Assembly (NCBI GenBank): GCA_021814165.1
Contig: JAKAIX010000001.1
Location: forward strand, 77,623 to 141,622
Direction: 5' to 3'
Source: a bacterium
GTDB lineage: Bacteria > Patescibacteriota > Minisyncoccia > UBA6257 > GWB1-50-10
Length of the DNA stretch: 64,000 bases
Numbering within the stretch: the first letter of the stretch is position 1; each line of letters starts with the position of its first letter. Under the pieces are notes generated by a model. That model ran no database searches. It was not told the DNA's origin and saw only the letters and a program-made list of their open reading frames with translations. Both the position numbers and the translations under genes were made by a program. Shown piece after piece: positions 27,459 through 36,629 of this stretch.

Positions 27459-28277
27459 ATGAAACATGAATATATTATCAAGAAAGCATCCGGTGAAGAA
27501 GAGCCGTTTTCAAAAGAAAAACTAAGATATTCCCTTGAAAAGGCGGGAGTCGTTGGTTCCGTTGCCGATCGCATCGTCGCGCACGTAAGCCAGGAGGCAA
27601 AAAGAGGAATGCGCTCTTCGGATATCCACCGGCACGTCATGAATCTCTTAAAGCGTGAGACAAAAGGGCTTGCCGCCCGTTACAACCTGAAGCGGGCAAT
27701 CATGGATTTGGGACCTACCGGGCACCCGTTTGAAAAATTTATCGGAGAAATTCTTGAACTGCAGGGGTACGTCACAAAAACAAACGTTATCGTCCAGGGA
27801 AAATGCGTCACTCACGAAATCGATGTGGCCGCCTCGAAGGAGGAGCGGCGGATTATGGTAGAGTGCAAGTTTCACAACCAGCAGGGAACCAAGTCGGATG
27901 TAAAGATTGCGCTTTACGTCTACGCGCGATTTAAAGACGTCGCCTCCCGGTTCAATGAGGCGTGGCTCGTCACCAACACCAAACTCACTTCGGACGCGAT
28001 ACGTTTCTCAAACTGCAGCGGCATGAAAGCGATCGGATGGAGTTATCCGAGAGACGGGAGTCTGCAACATCTCGTCGAAACGCTCGGTCTTCATCCCATT
28101 ACGTGCCTTACCACTCCCACGAGAGAGGAGTTGCGCGCGCTCGTCGAACACGGCATCGTACTCGCGAGGCAACTTGATCGGACCGAAACAATACGAACCG
28201 CGATCGGAATCTCTGAATCCCGTGCGGCACGAATACGCGATGAAGCGCTTGGGTTGATCGGTTCTCCGAAAAACTAA
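27459..28277 (+). CDS. ATP-cone domain fused to Mrr-cat/restriction-endonuclease-like PD-(D/E)xK domain
   Basis: N-terminal IIKKASGEEEPFSKEKLRYSLEKAG (ATP-cone). Mid-region HEIDVAASKEERRIMVECKF (D...E.K nuclease core). Confidence 0.6.
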   Translation: MKHEYIIKKASGEEEPFSKEKLRYSLEKAGVVGSVADRIVAHVSQEAKRGMRSSDIHRHVMNLLKRETKGLAARYNLKRAIMDLGPTGHPFEKFIGEILELQGYVTKTNVIVQGKCVTHEIDVAASKEERRIMVECKFHNQQGTKSDVKIALYVYARFKDVASRFNEAWLVTNTKLTSDAIRFSNCSGMKAIGWSYPRDGSLQHLVETLGLHPITCLTTPTREELRALVEHGIVLARQLDRTETIRTAIGISESRAARIRDEALGLIGSPKN

Positions 28278-28765
28278 TTACCTGCCTTCGCAATCGTTTT
28301 GGGAACGATAACGATATCGGCTTTGCGGATTCCAAAATTAATGGCGTCTTCCTTCGTCGGCATCCAGATGTCGATGAATCCAACCTTGCGCTTATGCATC
28401 CTGTCGAGCACCGTGAATACCTTATCGCCGAAAACATCGGGAATCATCACAAGCGTCCCGAAGGGAAGGAAGTTCGCGGCAATAACGCCGTCCCGAACCT
28501 TATAGCCGGATGCGGTAATAAGAGGAGTATCGTCGGTTTCCTCGGGAACGCTCGAATAAGCAGTGACCCAAACGCGGTACGTTTCCGACTTACTGGGGGT
28601 TGCCTCCGTTTTTGCTCCTTCCGACTGGATATTCTCCGCCGCTATCACGTTGGTTACCGGGAGGATTCCCCCCGTCGCAAGGCGCTCAAAAGAACCCGAT
28701 ACCCCCGCAAAAGAGGAGGAGAGCAGCAAAACGCCGAAAAGAATTGGTGTTATATATCGTTTCAT
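28274..28765 (-). CDS. Secreted 3D-domain protein (MltA/YuiC-like)
   Basis: Signal peptide. VAANFLPFGTLVMIPD...VLDRMHKRKVGFIDIWM is 3D-domain-like with three Asp. Confidence 0.6.
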   Translation of the reverse strand: MKRYITPILFGVLLLSSSFAGVSGSFERLATGGILPVTNVIAAENIQSEGAKTEATPSKSETYRVWVTAYSSVPEETDDTPLITASGYKVRDGVIAANFLPFGTLVMIPDVFGDKVFTVLDRMHKRKVGFIDIWMPTKEDAINFGIRKADIVIVPKTIAKAGN

Positions 28766-28883
28766 AAAAAAACTCCCCTTCTGGGGAATTCTATACGTTA
28801 CGCCTTTATGCTACACTAACCGGGATATTAGTCAAGTTTTTGGCATAGGAAAAGTGCCGTTTACCCGCATAAATACTACAAAA

Positions 28884-29615
28884 ATGCACATTATCTACGA
28901 GACAGACGACTTCCTTGCCATCAACAAGCCCGCAGGAGTCCTGGTACATCCGGGAAGGCCGGGGGAGACCGAAGAAGGCACGGTAGTAGGATGGCTAAGG
29001 GTTGAATATCCGGAAATAAAAGGCGTTGGGGACGAACCGAAATTCAGGCCAGGGATTGTTCACCGGCTCGATAAGGACACCTCCGGCATCCTCCTTATCG
29101 CCAAAAACCAGAGCTCCTTCGAATATTTGAAACATCTCTTCCAGACGAAAAACATAGAAAAAACCTATCTTGCGTTAGTCCACGGGAAAGTAATAGGGAG
29201 GGGAAAAATCGATAAGCCGATAGGGGTTAAATCGGGATCCGTAAAAAGAAGCGTAAGCGCAAAGAACATGAAAATGATAAAGGAGGCGATTACCGAATAC
29301 CGGGCGGTAAAACTTTTCCAAAAGGGACTTTATTCTCTCCTCAGGGTGAGTCCGAAAACCGGAAAAACACACCAGATCAGGGTACATCTTGCCTCTATCG
29401 GCCATCCGATCGTAGGGGATTCGCTTTATGGCAGAAAGAAAGAGAATGCCCTCGGTCTCAACCGCCAATTCCTCCATGCCGAATCGATCGAATTTACCAC
29501 TCCTGACGGGAGCCGGGTGCATCTTGAAGCGGAGCTCCCGCCGGATCTTGAGGAAGCGCTCCAGAAGGCGGGACGAAAGGAAGAGGACGAAACAGTTGTA
29601 GAATATGGAGACTGA
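28884..29615 (+). CDS. RluA-family pseudouridine synthase
   Basis: HRLDKDTSGILLIAK catalytic-Asp motif. Start at MHIIYETDDFLAINKP avoids overlap with the convergent gene. Confidence 0.85.
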   Translation: MHIIYETDDFLAINKPAGVLVHPGRPGETEEGTVVGWLRVEYPEIKGVGDEPKFRPGIVHRLDKDTSGILLIAKNQSSFEYLKHLFQTKNIEKTYLALVHGKVIGRGKIDKPIGVKSGSVKRSVSAKNMKMIKEAITEYRAVKLFQKGLYSLLRVSPKTGKTHQIRVHLASIGHPIVGDSLYGRKKENALGLNRQFLHAESIEFTTPDGSRVHLEAELPPDLEEALQKAGRKEEDETVVEYGD

Positions 29616-29702
29616 GCCCGGAAGGAAGCCCGGCCTCTTTCAAGGAAACCGGGCTTCCGCATATTTGACCGTGCACGTAGGTCCTGTTACACTATTTCTC
29701 GT

Positions 29703-30023
29703 ATGATCGAACAGAAATTACTCGAAAAGATAAAGCCCGGCGCTAAAGTACGGGTTACCGAAAAAATCAAAGAAGGGGACAAAGAACGCTTGAGTAACTT
29801 CGAGGGGCTTGTTATTGCCCGGAAGCATGGGAAAGAGGCAGGAGCCACTTTCACCGTCCGTGCGGTGCTTCACGAAGTGAGCGTGGAAAAAGTATATCCG
29901 ATCAACACTCCTACTATCACGAAAGTGCAGGTACTTTCCTCTCCGAAGAAAGTACATCGCTCGAAGCTTTATTTCGTACGAAACCTCTCCAGCAAGAAAC
30001 TTAGAGAGAAGCTGAAGCAATAA
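29703..30023 (+). CDS. rplS: 50S ribosomal protein L19
   Basis: 106 aa with ...FEGLVIARKHGKEAGATFTVRAV... Confidence 0.9.
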   Translation: MIEQKLLEKIKPGAKVRVTEKIKEGDKERLSNFEGLVIARKHGKEAGATFTVRAVLHEVSVEKVYPINTPTITKVQVLSSPKKVHRSKLYFVRNLSSKKLREKLKQ

Positions 30024-30037
30024 ATAAGGAATGTCTA

Positions 30038-30070
30038 GAGGCCGGGCCTCCGCAAGGAAGCTCGGCCTTT
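30038..30070 (+). terminator. Intrinsic terminator built on the GAGGCCGGGCCTC core
   Basis: gaggccgggcctccgcaaggaagctcggccttttta. Confidence 0.65.
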
Positions 30071-30133
30071 TTATGTATCTTTAAGTATTTAATTGGTATG
30101 CGCTATCACCTTGAGACATGATACAATCAAAAG

Positions 30134-30361
30134 ATGGGGAAGCGGGGAGCAAAACCACAGGGAAAGGTGAAAATAAAATGGTCGCCAAACTTTGCGTATG
30201 CCGTAGGACTCATAACTACAGATTATTCTCTAAAATATGCGAAGGCCAACTCATTGAAATTACTACCGAAACTGTATTATGATAAGCGTGTTATCTGCCT
30301 ATCGAGAAAACGAAGGGAGATAGAGAAGGCGCTGCAGGTAGAGGGGGTAACATTAAAATAA
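30134..30361 (+). pseudogene. Truncated LAGLIDADG homing-endonuclease fragment (75 aa)
   Basis: KIKWSPNFAYAVGLITTDYSL resembles the LAGLIDADG motif region. AT-rich. Abuts tRNA-Leu. Confidence 0.45.
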
Positions 30362-30362
30362 C

Positions 30363-30443
30363 GCGCGGGTGGTGAAATGGCATACACGCAGCCTTGAGGT
30401 GGCTGTGCCGAAAGGCGTGGAGGTTCGAGTCCTCTCCCGCGCA
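30363..30443 (+). tRNA. tRNA-Leu (anticodon GAG), type II with long variable arm
   Basis: GCGCGGGTGGTGAAATGGCATACACGCAGCCTTGAGGTGGCTGTGCCGAAAGGCGTGGAGGTTCGAGTCCTCTCCCGCGCA. Confidence 0.85.
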
Positions 30444-30448
30444 CTAAT

Positions 30449-30486
30449 GAAAATGCGGATGCCGATTTATCGGTATCTGCATTTTT
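30449..30486 (+). terminator. Hairpin + T-tract (repeat family C, copy 1)
   Basis: aaatgcggatgccgatttatcggtatctgcattttt. Second copy at 33572. Confidence 0.6.
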
Positions 30487-30500
30487 ATTTAATACGTGAT

Positions 30501-30516
30501 GGGAGAGGACTCGAAC
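30501..30516. repeat. Inverted copy of tRNA-Leu T-arm/acceptor 3' segment
   Basis: gggagaggactcgaac is the reverse complement of gttcgagtcctctccc. Confidence 0.6.
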
Positions 30517-30606
30517 AGGAGAGGGGTAGGGAGAACACGCTGGTCTCCCTTGGCGGAAATATTAAAACCGAGGGGTTTTAAAACAGCATCTTACAGAGAT
30601 GCTGTT

Positions 30607-30627
30607 GTTCGATTCCTCTCCCGCGCA
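30607..30627. repeat. Direct copy of tRNA-Leu 3' end (T-loop 3' half + acceptor)
   Basis: gttcgattcctctcccgcgca versus the tRNA's gttcgagtcctctcccgcgca. Confidence 0.7.
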
Positions 30628-30673
30628 CAATCCTTCGCTAAAGCTACGGAATTGCATGCATTATAATAAGAGT

Positions 30674-30991
30674 ATGTATTATGCATACATCTTGTTAAGT
30701 TCAAAATCTCATATCTTTTATTACGGATCCACAAGGAATCTCAAGACGCGATTTCAGCTTCATAACTCTGGGAAGGTTCCTTCCACAAAACCACATCTAC
30801 CATGGAAACTGGTTTGGTATGGCGGATTTGAGACAGAAAAAGAAGCTAGAGATTTCGAACTTTACCTAAAGACGGGGTCTGGAAAATCATTCGCATACAA
30901 ACATCTTGTCTCCGTAGCTTTGGCGGAGGATTTTACAAAAGGAAGAATGGGTAGTCTGAAGTCATCCGCAGTCCGAAGGACGAAGGACTGA
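30674..30991 (+). CDS. Small standalone GIY-YIG nuclease-family protein (~105 aa)
   Basis: MYYAYILLSSKSHIFYYGSTRNLKTRFQLHNSG...ETEKEARDFELYLKTGSG is a GIY-YIG/URI domain. Flanked by tRNA-Leu 3'-end copies. Confidence 0.75.
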   Translation: MYYAYILLSSKSHIFYYGSTRNLKTRFQLHNSGKVPSTKPHLPWKLVWYGGFETEKEARDFELYLKTGSGKSFAYKHLVSVALAEDFTKGRMGSLKSSAVRRTKD

Positions 30992-31000
30992 CGTAGGATA

Positions 31001-31013
31001 CCTCTCCCGCGCA
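31001..31013. repeat. Third direct copy of tRNA-Leu acceptor 3' segment
   Basis: cctctcccgcgca lies 10 nt after the GIY-YIG stop. Confidence 0.55.
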
Positions 31014-31119
31014 GGTTCTATAATTATAATTAGAACGCCCTCTGATGTATTAACAAATGCTCCTTTCTGGGAGTATTTTTGTTTCTCTAACAGAGAACGC
31101 TTTATGATACAATAATCCC

Positions 31120-32907
31120 ATGAAGAGCGAAGAGAAACAATGCCAGAATTGTAAGCAAAAATTTGCTATCGAACCCGAGGACTTCGATTTCTATGAAAAA
31201 ATAAATGTTCCTCCGCCTACGTTTTGCCCGGACTGTCGGCTCCAGCGACGCTTGGTTTTTAGAAATGAACTCTCGCTTTATAAGCGAAAATGCGATCTTT
31301 GTCAGAAAGAAATTATCTCTATGTTCCGTCCCGATGCACCGTTTACGGTGTATTGTCCTCCATGTTGGTATTCGGATAAATGGGATCCTTTGAGCTATGG
31401 AGTAGATTACGACCCTTCAAGGCCTTTTCTACAACAATTTTATGAACTCATGGGCCGCGTGCCATTGAACGCGCTCAACAATTTCTATGACACGCTCGTG
31501 AACAGCGACTATACGAATTTCGTCTCATATCTCAAGAACTGTTATCTGCTTTTCAACTCTGACTATAACGAAAACTGTTTCTACGGCGTAGAAATAGAAA
31601 GCAGCAAGGATTGCTATAACAATCTCGCGATCAACAGTTGCGAACTTTCGGCTAATGACGTTAATTGTCAAAAATGTCAGAGGACCTTTTACTCCATCGA
31701 TTGCGAGGCGAGTCATAATGTCTGGTTTTCCAAAAACCTCTCCGGTTGTTCAAACTGCTTCGGGTGCGTGAACTTACGCAACAAGCAATACTGCATGTTT
31801 AACGAACAACTTACGAAAGAAGAGTATGAACAGAGATTAAGCGAGTTTAAAACCAGTTCTCATGCTGAAGTGGAAAAACTTATCCAACAGGCACGAAAAC
31901 TATGGTCTCAAAACCCGGTTAAATTTATACATGGTCGTTTTAATACTAACGTGAGCGGCGATTACATCTACCATTCGAAAGACGTCCGTGATACTTATAT
32001 CGCTACCGAGGCACAAAACTGCCGTTATTGTTTATGGCTCCTCGTTAAACCCATGAAGGACTGCTGGGATACGACGGAATACGGAGATGGCATGGAACGT
32101 GTTTATGATTCAGTCACTATCGGCAACGGCGCAACCGATGTCCGCTTTTCTTTTCTCTGCGCTCGAAATGTTTTGGATGTAGACTACAGTTTTCTTTGTT
32201 ACGGAGGAAGTCATATGTTCGGAAGCGTAAGCCTTCGAAAGAAAGAATATTGCATACTTAACAAGGAATACTCTCCCGAGGACTATGCTAAATTAAAAGC
32301 ACAAATCATAAATGACACGAAAGAACGACCTTATACGGACAAGAAGGGGAGACAATATACTTACGGCGAGATGTTTCCGATAGAACTTTCTCCTTTCGCA
32401 TACAACGAAACATCTGCGCAACAGTTCTTTCCGTTAAACGAACAAGAAACTAAGGAGCAAGGTTATATATGGCTCGCGCCGTCGACAAAGGACTATAAAA
32501 TCGACATCAAGGCCCCAGAATTGCCCGGCACCACAGAAGAAACACCGGACGACATCACCCAAAAAACTATCGGCTGTCTGCATGAAGGAAAGTGCCAAGA
32601 ACAATGTACGACTGCCTTTAGGATCCTTCCTCAAGAATTGAGGTTCTATAAGCAGTTTAAGTTACCTATGCCGAGACTTTGCCCGAACTGCCGCCATTAT
32701 GAACGACTTGCACAAAGAAACTCTCTCAAACTCCAGCATCGCGTTTGTCAGTGTTCAGGAAAGACATCAGAAAATGGAACCTACAACAACACCGCCACTC
32801 ATTTTCACGGGTCCGAAAAGTGTCCTAACGAATTCGAGACAACATACAGCCTTAATTCTCCCGAGATTGTATACTGCGAGGAATGTTACCAACAAGAGGT
32901 TGTCTAA
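31120..32907 (+). CDS. Large cysteine-rich multi-zinc-ribbon protein (595 aa), paralog 2
   Basis: Collinear with 18038-19837: N-terminal CQNCKQKF..FYEKINVPPPTFCPDCR, C-terminal RLCPNCRHYERL...ATHFHG..CPNEFETTYS..IVYCEECYQQEV. Confidence 0.7.
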   Translation: MKSEEKQCQNCKQKFAIEPEDFDFYEKINVPPPTFCPDCRLQRRLVFRNELSLYKRKCDLCQKEIISMFRPDAPFTVYCPPCWYSDKWDPLSYGVDYDPSRPFLQQFYELMGRVPLNALNNFYDTLVNSDYTNFVSYLKNCYLLFNSDYNENCFYGVEIESSKDCYNNLAINSCELSANDVNCQKCQRTFYSIDCEASHNVWFSKNLSGCSNCFGCVNLRNKQYCMFNEQLTKEEYEQRLSEFKTSSHAEVEKLIQQARKLWSQNPVKFIHGRFNTNVSGDYIYHSKDVRDTYIATEAQNCRYCLWLLVKPMKDCWDTTEYGDGMERVYDSVTIGNGATDVRFSFLCARNVLDVDYSFLCYGGSHMFGSVSLRKKEYCILNKEYSPEDYAKLKAQIINDTKERPYTDKKGRQYTYGEMFPIELSPFAYNETSAQQFFPLNEQETKEQGYIWLAPSTKDYKIDIKAPELPGTTEETPDDITQKTIGCLHEGKCQEQCTTAFRILPQELRFYKQFKLPMPRLCPNCRHYERLAQRNSLKLQHRVCQCSGKTSENGTYNNTATHFHGSEKCPNEFETTYSLNSPEIVYCEECYQQEVV

Positions 32908-33034
32908 TATTTATTACTTTTGGTTTATCCCTGAAATCATTCGAATTTTCTTTACCGCAATACATTTAGACAGATACCGGCAGTATTTTGTCGGTTTTTA
33001 ATATAATCAGAAGGTTGTGTGATATACTCAAACC

Positions 33035-33529
33035 ATGCAGTTACTAAAAACGATAGGAGAAAAAGATAATTCAAGAACGTATCAGACAAGAAAAGCCGCG
33101 AGAGCGATTGTCTCGGATAATGAGGGAAAAATAGCGCTGCTTCATGTTTCAAAACATCATTACTACAAACTCCCCGGCGGGGGGATTGAGGACGGAGAGA
33201 ACAAAGAAGATGGCCTCCGAAGAGAATGTCTCGAAGAAATCGGATGTGAGATTGAGATAACAGGAGAAGTAGGAATCATCCAGGAGTATCGCCATTTTCC
33301 CGATGGTTTTAACGAAGATCAGGAATCGTTTTGTTACACCGCAAACGTGAGAGGGGAAAAAGGATCTTCTCACCTCGAACAAGGAGAGATTGACGATGGA
33401 TTCAAATCCTTGTGGGTGACAAAAGAGAAAGCGGTGGAATTATTCAAGGAAAGTAATCCCGATACTTATGACGGAAAGTTCATTGTTGCAAGAGATCTCA
33501 GATTCGTAGAAGAGGACTTAAGGAACTAA
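33035..33529 (+). CDS. NUDIX hydrolase
   Basis: Nudix box GGGIEDGENKEDGLRRECLEEIGC. Confidence 0.8.
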   Translation: MQLLKTIGEKDNSRTYQTRKAARAIVSDNEGKIALLHVSKHHYYKLPGGGIEDGENKEDGLRRECLEEIGCEIEITGEVGIIQEYRHFPDGFNEDQESFCYTANVRGEKGSSHLEQGEIDDGFKSLWVTKEKAVELFKESNPDTYDGKFIVARDLRFVEEDLRN

Positions 33530-33571
33530 AGTAGGTTCTCGCATCGTCCCGGACGGTGCATCGGAAAAAAT

Positions 33572-33608
33572 ACGGATGCCGATTTATCGGCATCCGCATT
33601 TGTATCCA
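33572..33608 (+). terminator. Hairpin + T tract (repeat family C, copy 2)
   Basis: aaatacggatgccgatttatcggcatccgcattt. Preceded by the family D motif ctcgcatcgtcccggacggtgcatcggaaaaaa, which is also at 34583. Confidence 0.55.
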
Positions 33609-33649
33609 GGGCTATTAAAGCTCATTAAGTGGTATGATAAACTCTAACC

Positions 33650-34555
33650 ATGAGCAGAGTTATCATTGCTGGTAGTATAAATATGGATATTGTCGCCCTT
33701 ACAGGGCATCACCCTAAAGTCGGCGAGACCGTCTTTGGTACAAACCTCAAATATTTCCCCGGCGGCAAGGGCGCAAATCAAGCCGTTGCTTCGGCAAAAC
33801 TTGGAGCAAAAACGCTCATATGCGGGAAGGTGGGAAACGATACTTTCGGCAAAGAACTGGCTGCTTTCTTGAAACAAAAAAATGTTGAAACTCAAATTTC
33901 AACAGAAAAAAACGTACCGACCGGAACGGCAATTATCACCGTAGCTGAGGAAACGTCTGACAATACCATAGTAGTTGTTCCCGGTGCGAATTTCTTCCTC
34001 ACGGGAAAAGATATCGAGAATATGAATCTCGAAAAAGGGGATATCCTTATCTCTCAATTTGAAATCCCCGTAGAAACGATTATTTCCTTCTTCAAAAAAG
34101 GAAGAGAGACGGGCACGGTCAATATTTTTAATCCAGCCCCCGCACAAACCATTCCGGGGAATCTTTTGAGTGTTATTGATATCCTCATTCTCAACGAAAC
34201 AGAACTTAGTGCTGTTTCGGGAATGCCGGTAGATATTTCTCAAGAGCAATCGATCTCCGATGCCGCAGAGAAGATACGAAATGGAAATCTGACAGTTGTC
34301 GTAACGCTCGGAGAAAAGGGGGTCATAGCCCTAACCGATAAAGACGTGATCAAAATTCCAGGAAGAAAGGTCAATGCGGTCGATACAACAGGCGCAGGGG
34401 ATTGTTTTGTGGGAGCTTTTGCTGCGGGTATAGCGGGAGGTAAATCTTTCGCCGAGAGTCTCGTATTCGGTAATATCGCCGCATCTCTTTCCGTCACAAA
34501 AGAAGGTGCGGGATCATCGATGCCGAACCTGGATGAAGTGGCCGCTTTGATTTAA
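33650..34555 (+). CDS. rbsK: Ribokinase / PfkB-family sugar kinase
   Basis: DTTGAGDCFVGAF anion hole and GG motif. Confidence 0.85.
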   Translation: MSRVIIAGSINMDIVALTGHHPKVGETVFGTNLKYFPGGKGANQAVASAKLGAKTLICGKVGNDTFGKELAAFLKQKNVETQISTEKNVPTGTAIITVAEETSDNTIVVVPGANFFLTGKDIENMNLEKGDILISQFEIPVETIISFFKKGRETGTVNIFNPAPAQTIPGNLLSVIDILILNETELSAVSGMPVDISQEQSISDAAEKIRNGNLTVVVTLGEKGVIALTDKDVIKIPGRKVNAVDTTGAGDCFVGAFAAGIAGGKSFAESLVFGNIAASLSVTKEGAGSSMPNLDEVAALI

Positions 34556-34602
34556 CGGGACTCCTATATTAGTTAAATTAAACTCTCGTATCGTCCCGAA
34601 CG

Positions 34603-35151
34603 GTGTATCGAAAAAAAATGAGTGTAAAAAATCTTGGAAAAATAGTTCTTGTAATCCTACTTATTGCCCTGATTGGCGCATTGGGATATGCGGTAATAAC
34701 AAAATATTTCACCCCCGCTCAAGATATCCAAAAGACAACAACCAAAACGGACATCCAACTCGCCCGTGAATCTCTTATCACCTACTTCAACCTTCTCAAC
34801 GAAAAACGATATGCTGAAGCGATCAAGTATCGCGGCAACGGTTATGAAGGCCTCCAAAATTGGAATCCGGCGATGGACGCCAACGATCACGTCTCCTTGG
34901 TTATGACCGGTTGTGAAATGAACGGATGGCGATGCCTCAAGATAAAAGACGTAATAACCCAGAAACAAACCTCTCCTGCGGATTTTGAATTCGTGGTGCA
35001 GTTTGCAAATGATAACGGGACGCTCTTCAAGCGAGGACCCTGTTGCGGAGCAACCGAGGAAGAAATGCCGACGGAGACCGATTTCAAATATTCCGTCAAA
35101 AAAGAAGGCGGCAATTTCCAAGTCATGACCGATCCCGTATATACTCCCTGA
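34603..35151 (+). CDS. Hypothetical membrane-anchored protein
   Basis: N-terminal TM LGKIVLVILLIALIGALGYAVI, soluble Cys-containing domain. Confidence 0.45.
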   Translation: MYRKKMSVKNLGKIVLVILLIALIGALGYAVITKYFTPAQDIQKTTTKTDIQLARESLITYFNLLNEKRYAEAIKYRGNGYEGLQNWNPAMDANDHVSLVMTGCEMNGWRCLKIKDVITQKQTSPADFEFVVQFANDNGTLFKRGPCCGATEEEMPTETDFKYSVKKEGGNFQVMTDPVYTP

Positions 35152-35198
35152 TTTATAAAAATTTATCGGCGATAATGCTTTCGTGTTAAAATACTCTC

Positions 35199-36254
35199 AT
35201 GAAATTCAAACCTGACTCTCCGCAAGAACAGGAGAAGATGCTTGATCTTAGAACAACCCCGATCCCCGAAATGGGAGAAGAAACCCGTGAAAAGTTCGAG
35301 AAAAAAGAGTGGCGGGATATACCGATTACCGAACCGACGACGCACGAACCGAAGTTACTTGAAGTGATCCCGAATCGCTTTAATTCGGGAAAAGCGATGG
35401 CGTGGCCCGCATACTACAAAACCGTAGCGGAGGAAAACGAGAACGACAGAAAACCGAAAGGGTTCGGAGAGCTAGCCCAAGCGATCGAAGGAAAAATCCA
35501 AACTTCTCCTTTCGTGAAGGTAAGAACGGAGATAAAGGAGAAACTAGATCGGGCACAAAACATCCTCGATCAGAATATCGACACTTCTAACTTCCAACTT
35601 GTGGTGGTGGATGGTTACCGCCGCATCGATGTTCAGAGGGAGTTGTTTAACACTTATTATAACTACCTCGACAGGGAACAGCCGGGAACATCGAAAGAAG
35701 AGTTAATAACAATGGCACGTAAGATGGTGTCCGAGGCGCCGAAAGATTCCGAGATTCTTCGAAAATCACCCCCGCCTCATAGCACGGGGGGAGCGGTAGA
35801 TGTTGTTCTGGTCTATAAAAATAAAATCGATACCTCCTCGGATTATTGGCTTCAAGAGGCAATGGTTCCGTTTGGCGCCAAGTTCGATGAAATGATGGAT
35901 CCGACCTACAGAGACAAAAGAAGCGAAACGACCTTTTATGAAAAAGAACTTAGGAAGGGGACACTAAACGAAGAAGAGCGGGAAGCTTTGGAAAATCGAA
36001 GGATTCTTTATAATGTGCTGACCGAGGTAGGGTTTTCCAATTATTTCACGGAATTCTGGCACTACGACTTCGGAAATCAGTTTAATGCTGCCGCAACAGG
36101 CAAACCGTCCGCAAAATTCGGTTTTGCGGGGGGAATCGAGGACAATGGACACATTGCAGAGGATCTTGGCGCAGAGAAAGCCGCCTTTGAAAACTACAAA
36201 GCATCACACGATCCCGAAGAAGCGGAGAGAGTGAAATATCACTTCGGTCTCTAG
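35199..36254 (+). CDS. D-Ala-D-Ala dipeptidase (VanX / peptidase M15D family)
   Basis: PHSTGGAVDV and EFWHYD zinc-ligand motifs. Confidence 0.75.
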   Translation: MKFKPDSPQEQEKMLDLRTTPIPEMGEETREKFEKKEWRDIPITEPTTHEPKLLEVIPNRFNSGKAMAWPAYYKTVAEENENDRKPKGFGELAQAIEGKIQTSPFVKVRTEIKEKLDRAQNILDQNIDTSNFQLVVVDGYRRIDVQRELFNTYYNYLDREQPGTSKEELITMARKMVSEAPKDSEILRKSPPPHSTGGAVDVVLVYKNKIDTSSDYWLQEAMVPFGAKFDEMMDPTYRDKRSETTFYEKELRKGTLNEEEREALENRRILYNVLTEVGFSNYFTEFWHYDFGNQFNAAATGKPSAKFGFAGGIEDNGHIAEDLGAEKAAFENYKASHDPEEAERVKYHFGL

Positions 36255-36289
36255 GAGAACAATTATTCATCCCTATACCAACACAACTA

Positions 36290-36373
36290 CCTCGCGTCGT
36301 GCTCTCCCGAACGAGGGTAAGACTTGGCCAAGCGGCCCGGAGCGCCCGAGTTGAGGGAGAGCACGACGCGAGG
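36290..36373. repeat. Conserved-core hairpin element, family B copy 2, + orientation
   Basis: 19-bp perfect arms cctcgcgtcgtgctctccc / gggagagcacgacgcgagg around the core GAACGAGGGTAAGACTTGGCCAAGCGGCCCGGAGCGCCCGAG. Confidence 0.8.
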
Positions 36374-36549
36374 CCCCACACCCCTAGTTATGCACATATT
36401 GAATTGTGGCGCAGATGATTCACAATAAGAGTACAGCGTCTCGCCGCAATGGCCTGCGGAACTCCGCTGAAAGGTCATTAACGAACAAAACAATGGCAAA
36501 GAAAAAGAAGGGCAAGAAGAAATAGTTTCTTTTGTGTTCTTTTTCGTAG

Positions 36550-36578
36550 AAATCCCCGCCGGCCTTGCGGGGATTTTG
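36550..36578 (+). terminator. Intrinsic terminator
   Basis: aaatccccgccggccttgcggggatttt. Confidence 0.7.
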
Positions 36579-36629
36579 TATTGATGGTATTTTATTTCTA
36601 ACTTAACAACAAAAGAAGGATGTAAAATA

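Noticed and set aside
26539-27462. 307-aa + ORF antisense to trigger factor
   Set aside because: It is a shadow ORF and the tig reading frame is strongly supported.
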